The notes under the pieces were generated by a model. The model was not told the origin of the DNA and did not search any database. It was given only the letters and a program-made list of their open reading frames with translations. The position numbers and the translations under genes were made by a program. This document shows, in pieces, positions 28,439 to 44,072 of a stretch of 64,000 bases of DNA (positions are counted from its first letter, which is position 1; each line of letters starts with the position of its first letter). Source of the DNA: Octopus vulgaris (Eukaryota); NCBI GenBank assembly GCA_951406725.2, contig OX597825.1, positions 3,658,001-3,722,000 of the forward strand, read 5' to 3'.

Positions 28439-29054
28439 ATATATATAGCAATTCAGGGTCGCAGAAGTAACGCTGCATTGTATTTCCTTTTTCAGTTTCT
28501 AATTGTGATTCTTTATGTCCCAAAACTTCTGCGGATTTTTTCATTAGTTTATTATTTGTTTCTTTATTTAATGCAATCAATTTGTGTTTAAAAAAATACT
28601 TAAGAAAGCTGTATATTATATACTATAAAAGTTATTATATGGAAAAAGGTAATACTTCTGTCGCATTCTGTATATATATATATGTGTGTGTATGTGTGTG
28701 TGTGCGCGCGCGGATGGCTAGGTAGTTGTAATAATGTACATATATGAATATGTGTGCAAACAGAAGTGCATTTCTTATTTCATTTTTATATCAGTACGCA
28801 GATGTGTAAATTACCATGTATTTGAATAGTATCTTCACGAGCTTCACTTCCACATATACATTAAATGACTTGCATAATTCCTCCATTTCTATCTATTTTA
28901 GCTTAACTTTTGATATATTTATTGATATAATCTCCCCATGCACTTAAAATGTCTCTGTCGATTCGGTTGAATATAAATATGAAATTTGAGAACACTCGTA
29001 GATAAATATGTGCTTGGTGGATCTTATCGCGTAGGCGTAGGATATTTAATCACC

Positions 29055-29870
29055 GTTAACCTTTGCTGGCTTCCAAGAATGCTGCATTTCCGTACCTTAG
29101 CAAAATATTATTTTAATTTTCTTACTTCTAATTGTGGGAATGTATACGGTATAGTAATGACTGAAACATTCTTCCAACACCTTTGTAGACTACCTTTGAT
29201 TGAACAAAACTTCCACAAAAGTTTGAAGCCTACAAAAAACAGCATCATGTGTCGAGAAATTTCGACTGGAAAGACACTAAAAGGGACTTTGTGACTGTCA
29301 TCAACATATGAGCTGTTGCTGTAGTCAGCTTAGCGAAGTCATTCTAAAATGAACATGGGTAGAGATTGGCCAATTCGATCTCACTGGCCGAAGGACGGTA
29401 ACACTGAATGCTTGCCTTCACCATAAGGCGAACGTACACAGGATGTGCACGTGAAGAGTTGTATTTTCTGTATTTTCAAATCCCAAGTTCATTATCCTAA
29501 ATTCATAATCCTAGATTAATTATCTTCTTGTATTCTCTCGGTGTCAGCAGGCTACATTCACTTATTATATGATTAATGCTTTCCTCTTTTGATTTGCATA
29601 ATCTTCGTTGGGAATCAACTTGGTTTTTGCCTACATTGGCTTTTATCCAATTAGTCCGTAATGGTTCATCATGTGCTCCTACTAACAAACTTTCTGTTTC
29701 TCTCTTTTCAACCTTTCATTCTGCAACCATAGCCATGTCTCAATACTACTATTTACTGCAACTATCTTTAGGAATATACCATGCAAAGCCATCTGGCCTA
29801 ATATTTTGCTTCTACTACACTATCTTTTTATTGACATATTATTTTTATTCTGTTAAATCGTACTTTAACA
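29055..29870 (-). mobile_element. decayed R4/Dong-like fragment
   Basis: Minus strand gives ALHGIF, LKRETESLLVGAHDEPLRTNWIK...RRLCKSKEESINHIISECSLLTPREYKK and WDLKIQ (29460-29870, clear). A weaker C-terminal remnant KVRKCSILGS lies at ~29060-29110. The sequence between them is unassigned. Confidence 0.75.
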
Positions 29871-31149
29871 TATCATCAAATTGAAAACATACACACACAG
29901 ACGCACGCGCACATGCACACACCACGCATCCCCCGACACACGTAATTGCAGTTGCGTAATGGTTGTTAGTTGAAAACTATGTAAAGCGTCCTGCTTATGC
30001 ACGTTGTGTTGTCTGTCTTTAGTGTTCTCCATTCATTCATAAGTTTCTTCACAGTGGTTTCATTTCTTTTCATTCATTTTCAGAGCTGTCATACGATAGT
30101 TTTAAGGCTTCGAATTGAGAGATTTTCACGCGGCATAACCTTTCTTTCTCTCAACATATTTTCATCATATAGTCTCATATACTTATTTTGATATTGTTGT
30201 TGTTTTAGTATCACTCAAACTTACAATTATATTGTTACATTTCCAGAAATCAGCGTGTACACAATTCCATAATTAAACGCTTCACTACTAAATGAGCCTC
30301 TACTATATGACATATGAAAATAACGTTGTGGCCGCTTAACACATTTGGGATGTTCAAGAATCTATATTTCTTGTCAATCTCCGGACAGCGAAAATGGTAT
30401 TTTCCTTGTTTAATGAGAGTATGAAAGTGCGTTTTGCACCCTAAATTATACGTCAGATACACTAAGGTTTGTAGAAAGAAGTAACAAACTCAGTTGTCCA
30501 TAAATTGATTATTTAATCTCGAATTTATATTAAAATATTATAAATATTTTTGAAGTAATTATGTATTTTCACCTTCATCTTGCACCCATTACTCTTAGGT
30601 GAGAAAGGAAGGAAATCAGAAAGAAAGGAAAAGAGTTTTCGTAGATATCTTCCTCTACATAATGTTTGTACGTATATGATTCGCATACATCTACGCATAT
30701 AAAAACCTAAAAATAACAAATCGGTTCTTGTCTCCTACCATCGTTTGTTTACATCGATAAATATAGCATTATGCATGAATGTATGTATGTGTGTATGTAT
30801 GTATGTATGTATGTATGTATGCATGTAAGTATGTAAGTATGTATGTATGCATGTATGTACGAATTTACTAATATAGAAAATATATGCATATATTTCTCAA
30901 ACTAGAACGTTGTAGAAATTATTTCGAAGTGTCTTTCAGAGAGGCCATTGTCCGACAATGTGTTATCTGGCCGATACGGCAAAGTCAGCGTCAACAACAT
31001 TCTTGTACAAGAATAATAAATTTGTTCTTTACCATTGACTAGAGTATACCATCAGAATAATGTGAAATTGTTCTTATTATATCTGAACATAGAAACAAAC
31101 ATTAATATATATACATACATACGCACATATGTACGTATATATATATATA

Positions 31150-31182
<33 letters not shown>

Positions 31183-32199
31183 GTGTGTGTCTGTGTGTGT
31201 GTGAGTGTGTGTGTGTATTCATATACACACACATGCACGCATGCACACACACACGCGTGGGCGCACACACTCATAGACACACAGACATGTTTAACAGATA
31301 AGCACGGTAATTTATATTTACGAGTGCCTATGCCGTATTACATATGTTCACATGTTCGTGGCAAATATGTCCGTATCTGTTTCATTCACGTGAACTCGTG
31401 CAGCTTTCGTACACTGTTTTCCGCATCTCACATACTTTAGATGTTGCTGCATGAAGAAAGTACATTTTTCATCTCCTCACATAATGGTACATTTCTTTCT
31501 CAGTTCAACCTGTCTGGCAATGGTCCCGTTATTATCTAAGCAATATAGGATGCCCAAATCAATCGATCATCGGAGAGCATGTTTATTACGATGGTTGGAC
31601 ACCGCCTGTGGCTCGATTCATTCCAGTTGAACATAACACATGCAATATCCACATTCTTTCATCCCACGTTCATGAAAAACCTCGGCAACATAATTATATT
31701 AAAATATCCTAGACAAGTGGTAATAGAGCAGCTAATACAAGCGACAAATAAATCCATCATTTATTCTAAAAAATAATTTATACTCTAATTAAAGCATTCG
31801 AAACCCTATTTCCGCAGGATAGTTAGCAAACAGAAAATCCTTAACTGAACGTGACGTTAACTGGGTTTCACTCACGACTGTAGAACGAAAGCATAGACAG
31901 CTGATGCGAAAGCCACGTTTCAAGACTATTATTATTAGTATCAATTGAATTCAATAGAAAACTGAAAGTGAAAAAAACCAATAGACTTTTAATGCATTTG
32001 AAATTCGATCAAATATTCATCTATTTGTCCTCCAGCAAGTGAACTATCAGCGATAAACTTCAAGTTACCAAACAGAGAACAACTAAAATACAAGTAAATC
32101 AGCTAAGACTTTACACAAGTACACTAAACCACAAATGAAACGCGAGACGTGTGTGACTGTGACATTTTGTTTTAATGTTATTTTGTCAGAGATAAATGT

Positions 32200-32850
32200 T
32201 GATAAATCTGATAAAGCCTATTTGTTTGATGCACTTTGACCACAGTCTGTGCGTCATTGTCACCTGTTCTGGTATTGGGCAGATCCAGTAAATCGAGATT
32301 GTAAAGTGTGACATGTGCAATACCGTCTATACCCTCCCTGGCAACCGTCGGTACATTGTCGGTACATGGAGTGCATGAACCGGTTCGCAAAAGCCCTTGA
32401 CACCCGTGCCCACACACGGAAGATTGCTGCCTCCACTTCCATACCAGATGTTGGCCGTGGAACCACCTGGTTCAGATGTCTCTAGATTTCATCCCACAGG
32501 TGTCCAATTGGATTCAAATCCCGGCTGAGATCCGACCACGGAATGGTTCTTATGTTGTATTGACGCAGGAAGTCCATGGTGATTCTTGCCCCGTAGGATG
32601 GGAAGGAGCATTGTTCTGCTGGAACATATGGCCATGGCAATGCGCGATAAAGGGCACGATGTAAGGTCTTAGGTTCTGGTCAACGAAGCACTGTGATGCC
32701 ATTACCTCTAGCTGCACCAACATTTTAGAACACATGGGGCCCACTTCTTTGATTCAGGCTTATAGCACCCCAAACTATGATGCTTTGGCCATCCCATGCG
32801 TCTCTCTCCATGACACAAACGTCTCTGTAGCGTTCATCCTTCCTACGCCA
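32200..32850 (-). mobile_element. Tc1-family (DD34E-type) transposase remnant
   Basis: LRPYIVPF...FQQNNAPSH / ARITMDFLRQYNIRTIPWSDLSRDLNPIGHLWD (cf. QDNA...WPxxSPDLNPIEHLW), then VEAAIFRVWARVSRAFANRFMHSMYRQC. The catalytic D and E are mutated and there is a frameshift. Confidence 0.85.
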
Positions 32851-32854
32851 CATG

Positions 32855-32871
32855 CTATGTATCCATGTATA

Positions 32872-32965
<94 letters not shown>

Positions 32966-33048
32966 TATATATAAATATATATATATTTATATATATATAC
33001 ATATGTAAATATATATATATATATACATACATATATAAATATATATAT

Positions 33049-33122
<74 letters not shown>

Positions 33123-33140
33123 TGATACATGGATACATAG
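32855..33140. repeat. ~290-bp fold-back: 16-bp arm, (ATCT)n, TA-rich core, (AGAT)n, inverted 16-bp arm
   Basis: ctatgtatccatgtat (32855-32870) is the exact reverse complement of atacatggatacatag (33125-33140). Confidence 0.9.
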
Positions 33141-33244
33141 TTGGGTTGATATACTTACATATAAGTATATATAATGCATATATACCATAGATATACATAC
33201 ATATATACATTACATACATACACACACATACACATATATATATG

Positions 33245-33329
<85 letters not shown>

Positions 33330-33615
33330 CTAAATACGAGACCAAACACAAATGCACGCAAGCAAATAGTCAAACTGATAGAACCACCAATACTTACTGA
33401 ATATTACATGAACTACATTTGCATACTGCATGAAGTGTGTACACCTTTGACACGTAAGTTAATGAGCCTTTGTCTTCGAATGAAACATTTTATGAGTGTG
33501 TTGTTACTTTCTTGTCAGCCTTGTATATATTTATTACATATAATAATTAGTTGACTAATTCAATTTAACGCATCTGCTATTGCGTGCACCGAATTACATA
33601 TTCATGCTTACATGC

Positions 33616-33682
<67 letters not shown>

Positions 33683-33918
33683 TACAGACAGATAGATAAA
33701 TAGATACATACATACATACACACGCAGGTGTGCATGTATGTGTGTATGTAGCTTTAGTAATATGGAGCAGAAGCAGGAACGTGACTAGGTTGCCGAGAAT
33801 TTCGTGCGCTGGCATTTAGCAAACTATATATAGGTGTTTGTCCGAAAGTGTGTCAGTACGTATGTCTCTGTGCATATGTATGAATACATGTACGTATATG
33901 CACACACACACACACACA

Positions 33919-33961
<43 letters not shown>

Positions 33962-35757
33962 GCACGTATATGAATCTGAAGTAAGAGATGAGATAACTTG
34001 TAGTCGAAGGTTGAGGGAATGCAATCATGTTTAATTCTTAATGTTACTGTTTTTCTAATTCCATATATGAATATACGATGTTTTTCCCAACTATGTTATT
34101 ATTGTAATATCTCTTTGCCTGTAGGAATATCAGAGACGCTTTTCATCTGTTTCTTACACATTCAATGTTTTCCATTGTTTACACTCTTATATATCGATTT
34201 TAATAATATATTTTTCCCATTTTCGTGAAGGGTTAATGGTTAGTACACTGATAATTAATTGCACAATTTTGAATCGTTGTGTATAAAATCTTTCTTCGCC
34301 GTATAATGGACAGCTCTATAAAGAGAATCTATGATCACGTGTGTTATATTCATGATGTTACAACCGTCTATTCAGATATATTGAATGTTGAACTACGTTG
34401 CCCAATGTGCTACAAAATGTGTACGTGAGTAACGTATCGTAAGTAGATTTGACAAGAATTTGTTTTATTAAAGTTCAAGCAGTTATTTAGAGATTGCTTC
34501 GTTACCTCAGCTAATAATAATTGGGAATTTCATTTTTACAGAACAAGTTTGATTCCAATTATATGTGTTGTCTAAATTACTCAAACTTAGAAATGTGCAT
34601 AAAGGAAATGCCAGCGTGTATTCAGTAAATATTTTCGCAAAGGAAATAATTGTTTCATTATTTTACTGAATGAAACTTTACAGTCCATATATTTTGATAA
34701 AATTGAAATAATATCTTTAGTATATATATAAAGTGCTTCAGTAACCAAAAAAGGAATTTGACGTATTACACCAAGGAAAGGTAAATATGAATAAAGCAAT
34801 AAATCAGAACGAAATACACAAAATAGCAATCTATATAAACTACACAATTCTACGTTACAATTGTTAAATTGATTGGAAAACTGTATAAGTTCTGAATCTT
34901 TTTTTTTTTAATGCATAAGCTTTGTAGAATATTAACGTAGTATTTACCATAGAGTAAGATCACCGACATACACAATCAGAATTTGATTACATGTTTGTAA
35001 GTATGCACCAATTAACATGTACATACCCAACATTCAACTTCCTAAGATTTGAGTATCACTCACTATATAGTTATCACTAAACTCTTCATATATTATCAAT
35101 GAGTGAGTCGTTAACGCAAATACGGAAAGGAGATAATCGTCATGCAACTGGTGTGAAGCGATAGAGATTCGTTACCACATTCAACGCTACGTTTTTCAGA
35201 CTGACGTCAGCAATTGCTATGTTGTACATTTTCATTGTGAGATGATTACTAAATGTTAGAGACGTTACAATATCCATGAAAAGTGTACCATTGCTTTCCT
35301 TTCATTGATTAACATCAAATTCTATTGAAAAATTTTGCAATTACGCGACACTATTGTTTTTGTATGGAAGTTATAGTTGTTCTTGTTGTTCTTGTTAAAA
35401 TTGTTTTTGCCGGAGCTGATATTTATTATGGACTTGTCACAAAATTTCTTTCTCTTTTTTTTTCAAGCAAAAATAAGACATCAGTTTTAAACACAAATCA
35501 ATATATTCAATCAATGATATACTCACCGTTTCGATTCAGTACGTTGTGCTAACTTGGACGACTCATGTATTCCCTGCTCAACGAATTTCCAGTCATTATT
35601 CGCGGAAAAACTCTTCCCTCATCAATTTCTACATCCTATTCAGAGTTGAATGTTTGTCCATTAAGTGAATTTGGAAGAGACCGAAACTGGAGGAAATCTG
35701 AAGGCACAACATGGGTCAAATATCGAACACGAGCGGCAAATAATCTTGAGAAATTCT

Positions 35758-35925
35758 TCCGCGATTTTTTATAATTATTTCTTATAACTTGTGTATATTT
35801 ATTTTATTATAAATGCAAAACGACACAACGGAGGAATCGACGTAAGATTGAATAATTAACCGCGATAGGTGAGCCACGATAGGTGAACCGCGATAGGTGA
35901 ACCGCGATATGGCGAAGGATTACTG
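35758..35925. mobile_element. pogo/Tigger-like MITE or terminus with 14-bp subterminal tandem repeats
   Basis: About four copies of aaccgcgataggtg (35858-35913) end in gaaggattactg. The reverse complement starts CAGTAATCCTTCGCCATATCGCGG, resembling pogo-type CAGT termini. A remnant ccgcgattttt lies at ~35760. Confidence 0.55.
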
Positions 35926-36150
35926 CATATGCATAAAGTACTGGCATGAACAAAGAAAGATCGTTATAGATAAATGAAGAGTTCCGTAAGTGAAAATTCG
36001 ATGATAGTCTCTGGTCAAGGATAATGGAAATTCCATTGATCAAGCAATAGCAAATGTTTTACTTTTCCATTTCCTATTCTAATCTCTTTCCCCACATCTA
36101 TCTCTCTGACCGCTAGAGCCAAAGATTTTTTATTCTCTCTGTAAAGTTCA

Positions 36151-36220
<70 letters not shown>

Positions 36221-38034
36221 GTTGTGATGCTGGGATTTGCTTTCTAATTCCAGTACGTCTGATGGACAGGTTCAATATTTTGTTGTTTAACATCGTTAAA
36301 ACTTTTCACATGTAACAATGATTAAAGCGCCGTTAACATTTATTTCTAAGTAATGACAAATAATCCCACGTAGAAATCTAGAATAAATCACTTAGGTCTT
36401 CGATGTAATACTTTAATCACTTTTAAACTGATTGTGAACATGCTCTGTACAATTCTGTAAATTCGCAAGTTGAACTGGAACCAATGAATAGACCACTACA
36501 TATTCGAGGCGCCAGCGATATTTCACTCCTTTATGGTCTTTCTTTTCACAATAACGAATCAGAGGTGATTAACGTGACTGATACAACTACTACTAATAAC
36601 TCTCTTGCTAACTAACCATAACGCATCATAGTAGTTAATGAGCGATTACTGTTTATATATTGGCTAATTACATTGACTTTTCTCGAATGTTCATTTGGCG
36701 TCAGGTTTATGTAGAGATCAAACTAAATATCGAAAAGTATATGACTAACTTGTCTTCATAGGCCTTCGTATAATCTTCATTATTGGAAAATTCACTGATG
36801 ATAAATAGGAAAATTCTACTCTAAATGAAGTAATATAAATGAGCTTCGATCTGACATGTAACCGGCTGGACTAAGTTGCCGACACGGCTCAACGAATTTT
36901 GAACAGATCACTTTCCACTACATTATCTTTCGACATATTGCGGCAGAAGGTTTCTTTTCCAGATTGATAATCTCAAATAATATCATCACCCTCCCCATTC
37001 ACTCTACTTTGCCTTTTCCAACATTATGGCGATGATCATGATTGCGAATATAGCCATGATAATCAACATCAACGTTACCATCCTATTATCATTTTAGCAT
37101 TTTCAGACAAATGCTAATTTTGGAATTAGATTTCAATAAAAAGTTGAATCGATAGTAATTTATAAACAGCTGAATTTTTTATGGTAGTATTTTCGTTCAT
37201 TTATTATTATTTGTTTGTTCTTGTTTAGCACTTCAGTATTTTCTGCGTGGCGAACAGTGGGAACTAATGTCTGGCAAGTGGAGTTACATTACACAGAATT
37301 ACTAAATTTGGGTTCCTAAATCAATAATAATAGCAGTTGAAGCAGGCTTAAAATATTTAACAATAAACTCTCTTACAAGTGATTCGAGGATATAATTTGA
37401 ATATATGATATTTGTAGCAGGATAATTGTTAATTAAAAAATGAAAAGTAATTTACAGTGACTATTACGAAATAAATGGTTCTCGTGTAAAATAATATTAT
37501 TCAATTGTGAAAGTTAACGGCTACAACTTTAACTTCAGTAAGTGAATGTCTTGAACATTTCGTTAGCCACACTGTGTAAACGGCGGAATTTTGTAATTAA
37601 GTACGAAAGGGAACCGACGATACGTTTTCCGTTCATAATACAAAGTTAAATGAATTTGGAGAAACTATGCGAAAATTGTAACTTCAAATATTCCAAGCAG
37701 AAATGTTTGGTCCATGAAAATAAATGTAAACCTTTGTAGGTATTGGTAAATGCCATGACTAAACTTTCATCCGCCTCGTTGGTTAACAGTGGAGATTCTG
37801 AGAAGGCTTCGTGTTTGCATCACGTCAGTATAATTTGCATTTTTATACCCGCAGGTGGGATGTTTCTTTAAGAAGATCGATTTCAACCACATTTTCTGGT
37901 TCAGTCACAGAGCAGGGCAGTATAACCCCGGTGCAACAAATGGTTTGCATGTGAATTTGGTAAACAGGTGTGTGGAAACAATGTATGCAAGTGCATGTTT
38001 GTTTTCCCCATCCAAGAGCAGATAAAATAAGGTT

Positions 38035-38190
38035 TCGCCTGTTTACTTCCCCACCGTTTGCGGGTCCATCAAGAGAAAAGATAAAATTAATACCAGATTT
38101 TAAAATAAATACTGGGATTGGGTCGACGTGAGCGATTAAATCCTTCAAATCAAATTCCGAGCGTAGCCATACTCCAATCATTGATTGAAG
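38035..38190 (+). mobile_element. decayed SINE 3' region
   Basis: taccagattttaaaataaatactgggattgggtcgacg...attaaatccttcaa shares the actggggtcga tail motif seen in the other SINE copies. Confidence 0.4.
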
Positions 38191-39070
38191 GAGAAACCAA
38201 AAGTCAGATGAAGAATTAACAATGATGTTTTAGAATTACTTGATGAAAATATAAAACGATAAAGAAAACAAGTTTCTTTGATGGTTATGTTGCTTATATT
38301 TATCCAAATTTATCTAATACCGGGGTACCAATAAATAGCAGACTTCATATATTATGTATATCCGATACTTCTACTGACTTTGCTGGAGATTCATATACCA
38401 TTAATCTTTGTAAAGAAAGTGATGATAAGATGAGAGAATCGGTGATTGCCGAAATCAAATGTTAATCATGCATATACATTTCATTTTAATTTCGATTGCC
38501 ATTCACATAAATCAATTTAATAATAAATATTGTTTCTCTTCTCACTGCTGAGCACTCTCGATGCAGAATATATTTCGCACAATCAGACACTACACCATAC
38601 TTTCTTTCTTATTTGTAGAAATTCTATTCTTACGTTAATAATATGATATACACCAACTATCAAACATTGTAACTTTTAACATCCAAAACTACTAAGGCCG
38701 AGAATTTATCTTGTATAACCATCATTAATGTAGAATATCAATGGAAATCAACTTAGATGATATTGGAAGTAAGAAATATCTTGATATGATTATAATATAT
38801 ACTTAAGTTATTAATACAGTTACTATGAAATAAATAATGTTACTGGATAATCTATATCATTTAGACATTCTTGTAATATGAACTATCAAGGCCCAACAGT
38901 GGAAGTGAATATATTCTCTGTTTCCAATTGTATTAAAGTATCCGATAGTTTTGTATTTCTTATAAGTAACATAATGAACAAGTCGAATCACATTTAGATG
39001 GTTTTTCAAGTTGGTGGTAATTAAGACAATACCTACACCAATATTGGCCGACACTTACCAAAGTAGTATA

Positions 39071-39170
<100 letters not shown>

Positions 39171-39472
39171 CAGCATATATAATACAGAATCGAATGTTTA
39201 TTAGATATTAATATTGTCATTATTATCGATGGCAATACAACTAGTTTATAATAATAACAACAAAATATAGGTAATTTCAGGCCTAAATCAGCATTATATA
39301 GCTATAAAATAAAAAATACATATAAAGTGCATATTTTTCGGTGTAGTTATATTTGTGAAATATTTCTTATATCGAGTAAAAGCAGCAACATAATTACATA
39401 TACCATAAATGCATAATTGTACGTGTATGTGTATGCATGTATATATGAATGTATGCGTGTGTGTATACATAC

Positions 39473-39533
<61 letters not shown>

Positions 39534-40313
39534 CATGTATGTATGCATGTATGTATGTATGTGTATGTATGCATGTATGAGTGTATGGGTGTGTGTATGT
39601 ATATGTATATATGTATGTATGCATGCCCGTGTACGCGTGCAACATTTTCTTAATCTGCTGCAAAAAATAAATAGTTCGATATTCATGCAAACAAATATCC
39701 CATTCTTTCACGCCAACAATACTTTCCGGTTGTATATTACCGACTGTTTTAAACAAATGGGATTTATTACAGATGGAGAAACAATTACGCACTATCATTG
39801 CTCTCTAATGCTGAAGCGGCGGCTTCGCCCCCATCTACCAAGTAGTATTCATAAAGCTTTATGAAATGTTGTTCATTCATTCATCGATACGTGACAATAT
39901 TTTATTTATTCATATTTTAATGTAATTATTTGTATATAATTGCTACTATAGATAAATCATCGTCTAGAATATAAAAAAACAAAATGCCACCTTAAAATAT
40001 ATTTATTTACCTTTTTTTATTGAATACCTTACAACTTGTATTGTTTTCAATTCGGAGTAGCAAAATATATATTTATCCATAGTGTTAGCGCATACACACA
40101 ATTCCAATCACGACTGCCAGTAGTTATCAGTAAATAGTTCCATTTCTATGATCCAATAGTCATTTCAGTAAGTAAACGTCTACAGCCTACAGTGTACAGT
40201 GTTTTCGATTACCATTAAACATCTATCTATCTATATATCTATCTATCTATCTATCTATCTATCAATCTATCTATCTACCTATCTATGTATCTGTCTATCC
40301 ATCTATATATCTG

Positions 40314-40369
<56 letters not shown>

Positions 40370-43300
40370 ATATATCTATATATCTATCTATCTATCTATC
40401 TATCTAAGTGCCATACTAGAAAGTTGGATATAATTAGACAGTAGGAAATAATTTTAAATGCTTAATCAATGTTCATATTCTGCGAAAATATTTATCAATA
40501 TATTATGCAGATTCAACTGAGGGTTTTGTTTACGTTGTTGATAGAATATGTATGGAAATATATACCCTGACAGTGGTCTGATAGTACTCCTCACACATCT
40601 GGTTCACAAATGCTTTTCATTTATACAGTCACGCACCAATAGCCACCTACAAACTTTCTCATTGATAAATACTCTCGATCACATATACACACACGGCAAC
40701 GCCAATAAAGATTGCATCCACGACCACCACCACATTCATACTCCTTCATCCTCAAACATACGCTGCAAATTTACTTTCAGACGTATGCACACGGACGCAC
40801 ATATACCCACCGCTGGTGCAGTAGAAAAGCCAGGCAGAGAGACAAACGCAAACAAACTTCCACATTGACGAAATATATCCACGTCTACGTCTTCTTCAAC
40901 AAATCGACTCTTTCTTCTTGCTGTAGAACCTCCAATCACACCTCTGGCTCTGTTGCACTTATGGCCTCTGCTTGACCGCTATTGATTCTTTAGCATGACA
41001 ATACACACACACACACAAACCGGCACACATTACTTCCCTGCTTCTTCCTTCTCCTCCCTCACTACTTCATCATCTATTAAACGAAATTAATTCTGTACCC
41101 ATCACTATTTCCTATTTAAACCACGTATGATGTGTATGGAGTTTCACCTATTCATCCTATTATTTCCTCTCCTTGTATATTTCTACATTCTCCAAAACAA
41201 TTATCTCCTCTACACTGTAAATTTTACCAGCTTCTTTCCTTTATCTGAACACTCACTCTATCGATTTTACACTTTTGTGTAAATTCAGAATTTTTAAAGG
41301 GCTTTGTTCGGGAAGATTCCGGACATATTTCTCTTGAGTTTTAGAGTAAACACATTCTCTGTGTTCAGAAATTTCACACGTCTACATACTTTCGTTATAC
41401 ACCATCACACACACCCATATCGCCTTTCACATTGATAACGCCATCCTACTTCATTCAATGGCTCATTCCCGCATCTATTCTCACCTTCGCACATACATGG
41501 TAGCAAATCTCCAATTTAAATATTAGATACACAACACCTTGCAAAACAATACGAATATTTTCCTACACTTGCCCGCTTTTAGAGACACGTTGAACTCTGA
41601 GCATTGCATCTACAGCTGACTTCTTTTCCAAATATTGTTTATCTTTCAACTATATCTCTAAGCGTTCGATCAAATAGATACCTAAAACAACATTTGGCTT
41701 CCTCATTTCATAACGGCAGAGTTGGAAATTTTTTCATGTACTTTTGCCCGATTTAATGTTTTCAGTCTCTTAAGGTGTATTTTGCTTTTGATGACTTGGT
41801 TGATATTCCCAATCATTTCTTTTTATACAGTTTCTGTACAAAATCTGCAAGATCTTATAAATATGATTAAAAACATATGTATTTCTGGAGTAAACTGCAG
41901 ACGAGTACAATTCAATTTTGTCTTCGAGTTACTTTTACACTTTCCTTAAACACACACACACACACACAAACGCACACTCACACACAAACACACACACACA
42001 CACAAACACACAAACACACACACAAACACACCCACATATGTAAATAGGAAAAATATAATAATTGCCAAATGTGACTAATGATGTCAAGACACTTATATTG
42101 CTAGAAATAATAGCAAAATGCTATATCTATGGTGTTTGTTTCGTTTCCTTTATTACTTCCTGGATGGAGACTCTGTGAATACATAGGAGCAATAAAGAAG
42201 AAAGGATGCCTAACAGGACTCGAGCCCGATGGGTTTAGCAGGATTACGATGACCGAAAACATGGAGAGCTATACAGAAGTAGATACAGAGAAATTATTAT
42301 TATTATTGTTGTTGCTTTTGCCTAGCTTCTATACCATACCGGAATTCAGTCCTTTGTTCTTATTCATTCAACATTTTCTGGAGTTCGGATACATGACCTA
42401 ATATTGTTATTTAGCTGTAGTTAATGACGCTAGGTATGTCGGCTATATAGACTAAGGCGGAGGACACCACGGGTCACTATGCTGGCCTTGAAAGGATTCC
42501 ACCAATCGCAACATGAGTTCAGTTCACCAGAAAATATTTAATACTGCGCAGCTGTTCAGAACACTTACATGCAATGTACACTTGTGTACATATAAACACA
42601 CAGTTATTTAGGTGTGCATATGTCAGTATTTGTATGTGTGCAAGTGTGTATGAGTGTGGGTCAATGTGTTTGTGTGTGTCTTTGTGTGTGTATTCAAGGG
42701 GTTTATTTTCATTTGTGTGTTTCTAAAAAACCGCGATAAATCACACCGAGTTGCGTCCTGGTACATCGAATTATATTTACATAGGTAACAAAAGATGTTA
42801 CCGAATAGAACAATATAGAAGCATCGATATCGATATTATAGACTAACATTTTCGAGTAATTACCCTTAGTAGACTTGTAATTCAATATGTTAAGTGAGTG
42901 AAATGTTCATATATTACGAAATTACATTAGTAAATTTTGACATTTTTCATGGTGTAATTAGAAACAATCTTAATTGTAAATAGTATTAGACATGTTTAAA
43001 TCATAATGACAATTATGACACATTCGGATATTTGTATAAGTTCCGCTGGTCGGAAGCAACTTCAAATAAATGACACACATATTAAAAAAGCGAAAAGAAA
43101 GAAAGACATGAATATTGTGATTTAAAACAGAAACTAATGTTTCGGATGTGCGCTTGTTTCTTTCATGTATTCATTTCATAAATAAAGAACATAGAACTTA
43201 ACACAAATCAAAGTGGAATCAAACATATTAAAATATATTGACTGAATGACGAATACTCACAGTATTTATGGCATTATTGTTTCTCAGACGCTGTTTTGAC

Positions 43301-43984
43301 TAAACACTATCTACTTATATTTCCTTGAAACATTCAAAGTCATGAATATCTGTTGTTCAGATGCATTATAGACAAAGGGCTTTCGCAATTTAGCGGAAGA
43401 TTTATATATCGTTATAAACACAACATATGAAAATGTAATTTCAATAACTATTTTAAATGTATTTTTCACTATTCAATTCTTCACGACAATGGTAAATGGT
43501 CATCAGGATGGAAGATATTATCTTTGCTACATTCAAGATCAAAGGGGTTCTGTTGACGGAAACACCTCAAACGTAAGCCATAATACTGAACAAGGCAACC
43601 GTAAAATTTCTCAGGTGTCTTCTCTATATTTTCAATTTATGTTATATGAATAGACACACTAAACACACACACACACATGCAAGGAGGGTCGTATACATAT
43701 ATGAGTACATATACATATATGTGTATGCGTGTGTATACATATATTATACATATATATATATATATATTTCTATATGTATGTATATATATGTATATATATA
43801 TATACACACACACACACATACACATATATATATTTATATGCATATATGTGTATATACCCACATATATAATATATTGCGTAAATATGTATATATTTTCACA
43901 TATCTATCTACCTATCTATCTTCATCTCTAGTACATAAACACACACACTCTCTCTCTCTCTATATATATATATATATGTGAGTG

Positions 43985-44072
<88 letters not shown>

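Noticed and set aside
35858-35913. Short direct repeats as a CRISPR-like array
   Set aside because: The units are contiguous 14-mers with no spacers, there are no cas genes, and the context is eukaryotic.
41300-41640. Possible ancient RTE-type LINE on the minus strand
   Set aside because: Only vague motif resemblance, with no diagnostic motif recoverable by eye.
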